IMG/VR virus record: IMGVR_UViG_3300002026_000005 | DNA length: 64,000 nt | Direction: 5' to 3' (one strand) | Source of the DNA: a virus | Shown here: positions 44,091 to 52,000 of the stretch, piece after piece | Layout of the letters: the number at the start of each line of letters is the position of its first letter | Numbering within the stretch: the stretch's first letter is position 1 | The notes under the pieces: generated by a model | Databases searched by the model: none | Told to the model about the DNA's origin: nothing | Seen by the model: the letters and a program-made list of their open reading frames with translations, nothing else | Translations under genes and position numbers: made by a program

Positions 44091-45248
44091 TTAGAAAGCG
44101 AATGGGACGTAGAGCTTTCTCTTGAATGTGCATAGGAAGTTGAAGTCCTTGTAGAGATATTCCATCACGATCATGCCATCAACAACCTTTGTTGAAACAC
44201 ATTCCCCGTCATCAAATTGGGATAGGTATGTTGGCCTAACCTTTGCAAACTGCATCTTCTTTCTTCTCTGTTCTTCTTCCTTCTCGCTGCTAAGAGGTTT
44301 CAATTCATCTTCATCGAATTGGTCCTCATCGAACTCGACAATGATCTCGATGTCGGTTCCTTTCTTTCTGACTTTTTCTTCCCACAAGATGTGTTTTCTG
44401 TTATCAAGACAGTTGAGAGGATTCTGTGACGCATTGGTATAACCAACAAGTTCAACTCCTTTCACCTTTATCTCGACATCGAAATCAGATGACTCTGGCT
44501 TTGCGTTCATCATCCTGATAATCTTGTTCGGCTCAGATTGGTTGTGCATATTTATCTCCCTGATAACCTCAGTGATGATATCGATGTTCAGTTTCCCGAT
44601 GATAGAAAAGATTCTGCGTAGGTTTGATTCATGACTCTTGTTTTCCAACATGTCTGAAATCATCTCATCCACAACTTCCTTTGTCGGCTCTCCGAATTTC
44701 AGTAGGTAACGAACTCTCTTGGTTCTGTTTAGAAGGAACGATGAGTTTGCTGAGAAGTTAGAACACATGATGAAAGAAATACGGGAATCTTTTGTTCCAT
44801 CAAGAATGGATAGAAGAGTCTCTTCCTTTTTGTTGTGGTCATAGAGCTTATCGAACTCATCTATCCAAACAACTGCCTTCTGGTTGATAGTCGAAATCAT
44901 CTCGGGAAATCCTTCCTCATAGGAGTCAACGATTATTACCGGCATCTCAACAGCCAGAATGTTGCAGATCTGTTTTGAGAGGATACTCTTTCCTGTTCCT
45001 TTTTCCCCAACCAACATGATGTTGACCGTTTCCATCCGAATACGAGTAGCCATTACTCTCTCAAGGTCTTCGTTGTTGTTACCATAGATTTTCTTTGGTA
45101 GATCCAATGACTGAAACCCGGCGTCTTCCAAATAGAGTACGCGCTGCATCTCGTCGTAACGAAGTCTTCAGAATCCGTTCGGAATCTGTTTGTGCACGCT
45201 AATACCTTCTCGTGCTGGCATCAATCTGCCGTCGCTTAGTGAATACAT
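44091..45248 (-). CDS. AAA+ ATPase, with an optional N-terminal extension through TGA 45168-45170
   Basis: Walker A is VGEKGTGKS and Walker B is VVWIDEFD. The standard start is ATG 45149. An in-frame ATG at 45248 is followed by 26 codons, a TGA, and 6 codons before it joins the standard ORF. It ends in TAA. Confidence 0.7.
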
Positions 45249-45285
45249 CTTTCTTTGTTTTTTATGTTTATACTGACTCTTCCAA

Positions 45286-45317
45286 TGAAAAACCCGTACC
45301 TCCAACAGAAGTACGGG
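45286..45317 (-). terminator. rho-independent terminator downstream of the tRNA-Ile/Cys/Lys cluster
   Basis: The minus-strand RNA folds as CCCGTAC-(11 nt loop)-GTACGGG followed by UUUUU. Confidence 0.7.
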
Positions 45318-45322
45318 CAATG

Positions 45323-45395
45323 TGCGCCCACAAGGGTTCGAACCTTGGACCCGGTGATTAAGAGTCACCTACTCTACCAACTGAGCTATGAGCGC
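45323..45395 (-). tRNA. tRNA-Lys (anticodon CTT)
   Basis: Acceptor GCGCTCA/TGGGCGC, D arm GCTC-AGTTGGTA-GAGT, anticodon stem GGTGA/TCACC, loop CTCTTAA, T arm CAAGG-TTCGAAC-CCTTG. Confidence 0.9.
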
Positions 45396-45443
45396 ATTCC
45401 TTTTGTTTCTTTTTTCCTACTTCTTTTACTTCATTCAAACCAG

Positions 45444-45515
45444 AGCACAGAGCTGGGTTCGAACCAGCGCAAACTTCTTTTGCAGAGAAGCCCATTACCG
45501 CTCTGGCATCCGTGC
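45444..45515 (-). tRNA. tRNA-Cys (anticodon GCA)
   Basis: Acceptor GCACGGA/TCTGTGC with discriminator U, which is typical of Cys. Anticodon stem CTTCT/AGAAG, loop CTGCAAA, T arm GCTGG-TTCGAAC-CCAGC. The D stem is short. Confidence 0.8.
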
Positions 45516-45519
45516 GTTG

Positions 45520-45593
45520 TAGGGAGTCAGGGACTCGAACCCTGGACAACCGACGTATCAGGTCGGTACTCTAACCAACTGAGCTAACCCCCT
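45520..45593 (-). tRNA. tRNA-Ile (anticodon GAT)
   Basis: Acceptor AGGGGGT/ACTCCCT, D arm GCTC-AGTTGGTTA-GAGT, anticodon stem CCGAC/GTCGG, loop CTGATAC, T arm CAGGG-TTCGAGT-CCCTG. Confidence 0.85.
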
Positions 45594-45600
45594 CTATCCA

Positions 45601-45858
45601 CTACAGTCCCACTGAATCAAGATGTTCCCTGTAGGCTGCTGTCTCTTCTTCATTCATTACCCACATAAACTTGTTGGGTCTTCCCTGTGGTACAAACGCC
45701 CTCTTGCGGGCTACCAACTGGGGTTTATCTCCACTCACACTCTTACTCGCCTTAGCTTTCAGTGTCGATGTGAAGCTCGCTTTCGCCTCTCTCTTCGAAG
45801 AGATCTTACGAGCCTTCTTGTTGCCGCCCTGAGACGGTTGTTTTCCTGTTCCTGCCAT
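45601..45858 (-). CDS. small highly basic protein (85 aa)
   Basis: ATG ORF ending in TAG with a K/R/S-rich N-terminal half. It lies between tRNA clusters. Confidence 0.45.
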   Translation of the reverse strand: MAGTGKQPSQGGNKKARKISSKREAKASFTSTLKAKASKSVSGDKPQLVARKRAFVPQGRPNKFMWVMNEEETAAYREHLDSVGL

Positions 45859-45895
45859 TTCTTTTCCTCCAGTTTGATTTATTACTGATTTTTCT

Positions 45896-46138
45896 CTACC
45901 ATTCTTTGTTGTACCTGAGATACAAAGCCTGCTGTCTTATTCCATACATTCTTGTTAGAACATCAGCTTCACCTCCGTTTACAACATACTCAACGTCATT
46001 AGACATCTCTTTTCCATTAAACATCCCACTTGTACTTGAAATCATTCCATGCTCGTCACACAAAGACATTACAACCTCAGCCAACTCTTCTGATGTAGAA
46101 CATTTGTTCACTTTTTGAAACTTCTCCAATTCTTCCAT
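45896..46138 (-). CDS. hypothetical protein (80 aa)
   Basis: ATG ORF ending in TAG with an A-rich leader. Confidence 0.45.
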   Translation of the reverse strand: MEELEKFQKVNKCSTSEELAEVVMSLCDEHGMISSTSGMFNGKEMSNDVEYVVNGGEADVLTRMYGIRQQALYLRYNKEW

Positions 46139-46193
46139 TTTGTTTGATTTTTTGTTTGTTTTGTTTTATTTATTCTTACTTGATTACACCTGT

Positions 46194-46278
46194 TGGCGGA
46201 AGGTGAGGGGATCGAACCCCCGGACCGAACCCGGCCACAGCTTAGCAAGCTGCTGCATTACCACTCTGCCAACCTTCC
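46194..46278 (-). tRNA. tRNA-Ser (anticodon GCT), type II with a long variable arm and encoded CCA
   Basis: Acceptor GGAAGGT/ACCTTCC with discriminator G and encoded CCA. Anticodon stem GCAGC/GCTGT, loop TTGCTAA. Variable arm GGCCG-GGTT-CGGTC, T loop TTCGATC. Confidence 0.85.
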
Positions 46279-46297
46279 TAACTTCCTTTGTCCTTCG

Positions 46298-46370
46298 TAG
46301 TCCTCCCGGGATTCGAACCCAGAACGAACACCTTAGAAGGGTGTTGCTCTTCCATTTGAGCTAGAGAACT
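46298..46370 (-). tRNA. tRNA-Arg (anticodon TCT)
   Basis: Acceptor AGTTCTC/GAGGACT, D arm GCTC-AAATGGAA-GAGC, anticodon stem ACACC/GGTGT, loop CTTCTAA, T arm CTGGG-TTCGAAT-CCCGG. Confidence 0.85.
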
Positions 46371-46389
46371 ATTTTTCCAATACTGCTTA

Positions 46390-47091
46390 CTACTTGAACA
46401 TGTAGTTGTACACCTCTTCAATGAAATCCCACCTCTCTTTGTTTTGAACTTCAGAGAAATCTATTGAAGCATCTACATCAACTGGACGTACAAGTAATCC
46501 AATGTTGTAGTCGTAGTGAATACTTTTTACTTTTCTTCCCCATATCGTTGTGTTTATGTGGCCTTCAAGGAGAATACCGGTACCATCCTTTTTATCCTTA
46601 GCGGCTCGAACAATCTCAGAAAGTTCTAAACATCTATCAGATAGATCATCAGTAGTCATTGCAAGATTTCTATCATACCCTCTATCTTCATTCATAGAAA
46701 ACTGTTGTTCCATTGATGCTCTAAGCTTGTGAATAGGGATATTATTACTACGAAAGAATTCCTTTATAAGTTCAACTACAGAATCAAATCTGTTTGAAAG
46801 ACGTTTCTGCTCATTATTCTTCACCAACTCCATTCCTGATGGGTTAGTTCCATGATAACACATACTTAGTTTGCATGATATGCTTTGAACAGTACAACCT
46901 TCTCTACCTAAGTGAGAACATGTTCCGCAACAAAGTCCTTTCTTCTTACAAAAAGCCCCGTTGCATGTGGTAAGACCCGACTCTTTTCTTATACCACAAA
47001 AGTTCGCCTTATTGTTTATGACGTCAAGTATTCTACATGCCTGCAAATACTTCTCTCTTTTCCAACTAGTTGTTCCAATAATTGATTTCAT
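46390..47091 (-). CDS. Cys-rich hypothetical protein (233 aa)
   Basis: The N-terminal half contains CGIRK..C.GAFCKKKGLCCGTCSHLGREGCTVQSISCKLSMCYH. It may be a metal- or Fe-S-binding protein of the CxxCxxCC type. The gene is AT-rich and ends in TAG. Confidence 0.45.
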   Translation of the reverse strand: MKSIIGTTSWKREKYLQACRILDVINNKANFCGIRKESGLTTCNGAFCKKKGLCCGTCSHLGREGCTVQSISCKLSMCYHGTNPSGMELVKNNEQKRLSNRFDSVVELIKEFFRSNNIPIHKLRASMEQQFSMNEDRGYDRNLAMTTDDLSDRCLELSEIVRAAKDKKDGTGILLEGHINTTIWGRKVKSIHYDYNIGLLVRPVDVDASIDFSEVQNKERWDFIEEVYNYMFK

Positions 47092-47145
47092 TTGATTTCT
47101 TTTTGTTTTGATTGATTTTATTTTCCTACTTTAAAAATATTTTTG

Positions 47146-47217
47146 TCGTCCCTCAGGGAGTCGAACCCCAAACGGCTGGGCCAGATCCAGCTGTGTTACC
47201 AATTACACCAAGAGACA
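47146..47217 (-). tRNA. tRNA-Gln (anticodon CTG)
   Basis: Acceptor TGTCTCT/AGGGACG with a weak U1-G72 pair, D arm GTGT-AATTGGTA-ACAC, anticodon stem GCTGG/CCAGC, loop ATCTGGC, T loop TTCGACT. Confidence 0.8.
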
Positions 47218-47224
47218 ATTTCGA

Positions 47225-47845
47225 CTACGCCGGCTCTAGTCCGGATTCGTCTTCATTTCCTTCTTCATTTCCTTCTAACTTTGTTCTCAACTTATTCAGC
47301 TGGTCCAGGTACTGTTGTTGTCTTACATAGGCTTCCATCATGATTCTTTTCTGAGCCGTATAACCACCGAACACAACCGCAATGAAGAATGACTCGTTGA
47401 AGTTCGTGGATAATTCCTTCACACCTTCTTCTAACCATTCAAACTTGTAGAGTTTTTCATCACCGAATTTCAAAGTCGACTCCTTCTCAGAGAAAAACTT
47501 CTCAATTTTCTTGACGAAATCTTCGTCTATCATCAGAGCCTCTGTCAAAGTTTGACTATCTGGGTTCACCACTGGATATACAACTTTCTGGGGTTGAGAT
47601 GACGCCTTCAATAGTCTGTTTTCAGCATCCTTGAAACGTATTCTCTTCTCCAAATCCTCGTTCTCGAGCATCAGCTTCACGTTATCCGACACAGAGTCAT
47701 CAAACGCCGCCTTGCTTATCAAGGGATACTTGAAGGCTGCCGTTGTCATACAGTTCTTCCACCAGGTTCTGATATCTCTTCTCAGCGTGAACACGACTGA
47801 AGCCATCGAGATAAGTGCTACTAAAATTAAAACGAATATAAGCAT
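47225..47845 (-). CDS. N-terminally membrane-anchored hypothetical protein (206 aa)
   Basis: It has a signal-anchor-like segment MLIFVLILVALISMASVVFTL. It ends in TAG, 8 nt upstream of tRNA-Gln. Confidence 0.5.
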   Translation of the reverse strand: MLIFVLILVALISMASVVFTLRRDIRTWWKNCMTTAAFKYPLISKAAFDDSVSDNVKLMLENEDLEKRIRFKDAENRLLKASSQPQKVVYPVVNPDSQTLTEALMIDEDFVKKIEKFFSEKESTLKFGDEKLYKFEWLEEGVKELSTNFNESFFIAVVFGGYTAQKRIMMEAYVRQQQYLDQLNKLRTKLEGNEEGNEDESGLEPA

Positions 47846-47929
47846 AATTTTTCTTGTTAGATTTTGTTTGATTTTGTTTTTGTTTTTTCTGTTTCAGTTC
47901 CAGTCGAACCAGTCCTGGACTGGCTGAGC

Positions 47930-48781
47930 CTAACACTCAGCCATCCTAACCGTTTGGTACAGCTCATCTGAGCTCATTTTGTTCACTGTCTCCGTACTCA
48001 CTTCCGTACCGTTCAGAGTCAGTGCTTCTAGACCATGCTGTATTCTCAGGACCTTTCTGACTCTCATCAGGATCTCGGGGAACAACTTAGTCCATTTCGA
48101 ATCGGATATCGTCTTACTCTTGTGAGTAATTAGACTCCTTCCTGTTGCAAGCAAGGCTTCTGGCTCCTTGCTCCATGTTGTGATCATTATCGTCTCCATC
48201 CATTTCTCCAGAGCCTTTTCTTGCTCCGAAGTCAGACCAGGTACAACTCCGTTCTTCTGGGCCTCATGCACCGAGAAGGTCACACTGCGGGGACTCATCT
48301 CGAGCATCCTCTTTCCGAGATCATCAATCGCATTCCTCTTTTCCTGAGACAAATCAGGGTTAGAACGAAGCATCAGAAGTTTCACCGTCTGATACGCATG
48401 CTCTATTGAAGGACGCTCTCTCTCTTTGTCTCCATAGGTGAACACAACCTTACGAGGATACATGTTTCCAAGTTGGACATTGTCTCCGTCCTTGTCGTAA
48501 ACATTCAGGACAGGTTCTGTCTCCGAATAGAGAGCATGGTAGTCGGCTCCAGTCTTCTTGGTTGAAGTTTTGGTAGAGTGACTACTGCCTTCAGACTGTT
48601 TGGTTTCGACATGTTTTTCAATAGGCTTAAAATTCTCGAACTTGACTATGTTTTTCTCGGCATAATCTCTTCTTGCTCTCCAGTATACTGAGTAGGTGTA
48701 CTTTGCGTCTCCTGATGGGAACGCTGATGATATAACCCAACTTCCGTCTTCATCCTTGAAAGCCTGTCCAGATTCAACCAT
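47930..48781 (-). CDS. NADAR (YbiA/DUF1768)-like domain module, in frame with the upstream polymerase frame
   Basis: LGNMYPRKVVF...RPSIEHAYQTVKL, EPEALLATGRSLITHK and W..LFPEILMRVRKVL follow the NADAR signature order, compared from memory with E. coli YbiA (SEHYFQAQKF ... LLATAPAKLVEH). It ends in TAG. Upstream it is joined in frame through TGA 48788-48790 and TGA 49013-49015. Confidence 0.6.
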   Translation of the reverse strand: MVESGQAFKDEDGSWVISSAFPSGDAKYTYSVYWRARRDYAEKNIVKFENFKPIEKHVETKQSEGSSHSTKTSTKKTGADYHALYSETEPVLNVYDKDGDNVQLGNMYPRKVVFTYGDKERERPSIEHAYQTVKLLMLRSNPDLSQEKRNAIDDLGKRMLEMSPRSVTFSVHEAQKNGVVPGLTSEQEKALEKWMETIMITTWSKEPEALLATGRSLITHKSKTISDSKWTKLFPEILMRVRKVLRIQHGLEALTLNGTEVSTETVNKMSSDELYQTVRMAEC

Positions 48782-49012
48782 CTTATTTCATGTAGCAATC
48801 TCGTTCTCTTTTGAGTAAAGTTTTCTCATCTCATCCAAGAATAGATATGTTGCCACGTTCACTTCCCTTTCGGAGAAACCAGACTCTTTAGCGTGCTCCA
48901 TGAAATCCTTGTAAGAATATTCGTTTCCGATCGATGTAAAGTATCCTACGGAGAATTTTCTTATCTCATCAAGTCTACTATCCTTCTTAGGCTGCTGTGC
49001 CTCCTTCTGGTT

Positions 49013-52000
49013 TCAAGCCTTCTTCTCGGTCTTCCAAGTCTTCACATAGACAGACGTGTCTCCATTTGGCTTCTCTTCGTAACCCTGTCCAAGCAACCAC
49101 TTGATGATGGCGTGCTCTGAATGGGATCCATTGATGAAGTTGTTCTTACTAGAATACTCAGTCGAGTCCATCGCGAAACTTGCTCCTGCCTCAATGGCTT
49201 TCTCCATGTTGGCTTTCGTGTTCTCGAACTTCAGTTGGGATGCCCCGAATTCTCCTTCACCGCCTGAGTTTGAGACGAAAACGATGTCGTCCGACTCATA
49301 GCTTGTGTCGTTCACGGGAATTCCTCTAGTCTTCGCACTGTTGGCATACGACAGAGTCGAACTCCTCTTCTCGTTGTAGATACCCTTCTCGGCATAGATG
49401 AACTTGTTGGAGATAGAGGACTTCCTCATATCCTTCCTAGTCTGTTCCTGTTTCGATTCAGTCACGGCATCCAGAGTGAATCCGAACTTCTTTGTAGCCT
49501 TCTCTCCATCTGGATCTGATTTCGGACCAAATCTCTTGATGGCATCCAAAAGGACTTCTCCGTGACACCTGTAGCTTGTGCCTTTTCCGTGGGCACCGAA
49601 ACAGACAAGGGTTTTGTCGTCGAGGTTTCCACTCAGGATCTTGCTCACTATCCAGCTCCTTCTTTCGGGTTCGGTTTCTTTCGTCGTCATCTCTTCTCCA
49701 TCTTGACCGATGAAGACCTTGTGGGTGTAACCATCTGGATCCAGCTCAGACATCAACCAGGCCTCAAACAAGTCTACTGACCTATTCAGGTTTAGGTGGT
49801 CGTCGGCTCCAAACATTTCGGGGTTGCCGTAGTGTCTGTTGCGGGACATGTTCTGGGCGCCTCTGCCTATGAAGACGTAGTCGTCCATCACGCCGTTGTC
49901 GTCTGATTGTTCCTTCAGGGTCATAGAGAGTTTGGAGTTGTTTATGTTTCGGGACTTCTCTGTCTTCATCTTGTCCTTCACAAGAACAAGAGCCTTGTCA
50001 AGCAGTTCAGAACTGAAAGAGACCTTGAACTTCTCTATCTCTTCTACCATTGTCTCTAAGTCTATTATCTCATCGTAACGGAAGATGATTCCATCTAAGT
50101 CTGAACCATCCTGATTGGATGAGACAACTTCGGACAACATGTCTGTCATCGCGTTTCCGGTCATCATCAGTCGTACTCCCAACTTCTCGGCTATTCTGAT
50201 AGCTCTGTCATTCGTACTCTCAAACATCTCGATATCGTTTCCGTCTTTGTCTTTCGTCTTTCTGAATAGACTTCTCGAAACTGTTTGGAGTGACGGCAGC
50301 CCGAACTCGAAGAACTTTCCATTGGATTCTGATAGGATCGGAACCTCTATGTAGACATTGATCTTTTTCTTTCCGTCTTTTCTGTCCCCAATCTTCTTGA
50401 AGAGTTTTCCATTATCATTCGACATCACCCTCAGGAAACGGACAGAAGTCTTAGACAATTGTTCGTTCGTAACCACACTCGGAATCATCAGGTACGGAGA
50501 ACCAGAATAAGTTTCCCAACTATCCATCTCAAGCACTCTTACCCCATCTACTTCTGACATCCAACCTTTGTCGTTCACGACACCCTCATTCAGACGAGGC
50601 ACGACATCAGAGTTGTAGGCATTGTTGCCATGAATCTCATCAAGGATGTTGATGCCTCCGTTACCTTCCCGAAGGAAGTAGGTTGGGTCATTCAGTTCGA
50701 TCTTCATCGCATCCGTGAAAGAAGTAAATGATTGACCCTCGAAGCCCAAGTTTTCCAAGAAGAATCGGGGAGGAATAACCTTGATGACGGAGTTGTTGCT
50801 GAAATCCATCTGGTTAGAAAGGATAGTATGCTTAATCAAAAGTACCCCAAATTGTTTCTTTACCTCAGATATTCCTCTCTCAACTTCTGTGCCTCCATTG
50901 TTGCCTTCGAGCATCGACTCAAGTTCATCCATGATTGTCTGGATGAAAATCCGATCACGAGGATCCTTGAATTGGAACAGACTCATGAAGGAGTTATCCT
51001 GGGTTTCACCAGGTTGGGTCATCGGCACCAGCTTGTGGACGATCGAGTCCTCATTGAACTCTCCAGACAACCTAAGGATGTCTATCAGCTCAACAAGACT
51101 TCCAATAGACTTGAAGCCGGCCTTCAGTTCCTCTTCATTTGGAGCAATATTCCTCAACATAACCTTGAGGTTATGGATACGGCTATTTCTCTTCTGACCA
51201 ACATCGAAGCTGAATACTTGCTCATTGGATTTCGCTTTGGAGTTAAGTAGGGTTCGGAGGTTGACAACGGCATCCCAAAGTTCTGGGAACGTCGCCTTAA
51301 GTCTTTGCCCCGAATCGGTTCTCTTCACGGCATCCTTGTCTGCGATAGTCTTCGGTTCAACCATGTCGATCCTGATTACTCTTCCATTGGAATAGACATT
51401 GAAGAGTTTCATTCCAATAAGGAATATCTTCTCTCTCTGTATCTGGGCATCAATTCCCTTCTTTCCGGCTTTCAACATCTGGTCTTCGAGATTCTTCCTG
51501 TAGTAATTGAACATGATCTTTCTCTCCAATGTCGATGTGATGGAACTGATGTAGTCGACATCCCTATTGAAGGCATCTAGTCTCTGAAGCACACCCAGGA
51601 ATGCGGGTGAATACTTCATGAAATGGGGAGCAATAATTCCCAAACTCTTGTTGAGAGCCTTCGTGAAGAACGTCTTCAATACGTCATACTTACTGTCTGG
51701 CCCATAGATTGCCTCAGCAACAGGAGTCCCGTCAATAGTCCTTATACAGTCTTTTGCTTGTGACACTTTTTCCATCTTGCTCTTGAATTTTAGTGTGTTC
51801 ATCACTTCTGGACCACTGCTACGGGTATCGGCGTCAACTACTTGAGTTGCTTCCTGTACCCTGAATGCTATCCCGTTTATGTTCTTGAAAATGTTCAACA
51901 TCTCCAACTGGAAAGCCATGTCGGTTTTCGTCATCGATCTCTGTCCATCCTTATCACCAACAACAGAAGCTGCATGGGCTTTCAGGGCACTAAACATCGA

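Noticed and set aside
45168-45587. ORFs 45168..45368 (-), 45255..45587 (+) and 45358..45549 (-).
   Set aside because: They run through the tRNA-Lys, tRNA-Cys and tRNA-Ile genes and the terminator, so they are spurious. Only the 3' 27 codons of 45168..45368 are reused, as the possible N-terminal extension of the AAA+ ATPase.
47895-47930. A tRNA-like T-arm string (ccagtcgaaccagtcc) just downstream of the polymerase-frame stop, considered as a possible hidden suppressor tRNA.
   Set aside because: It folds only as a simple hairpin (CCAGTC ctg GACTGG, with a duplicated arm). I could build no acceptor, D or anticodon arms.
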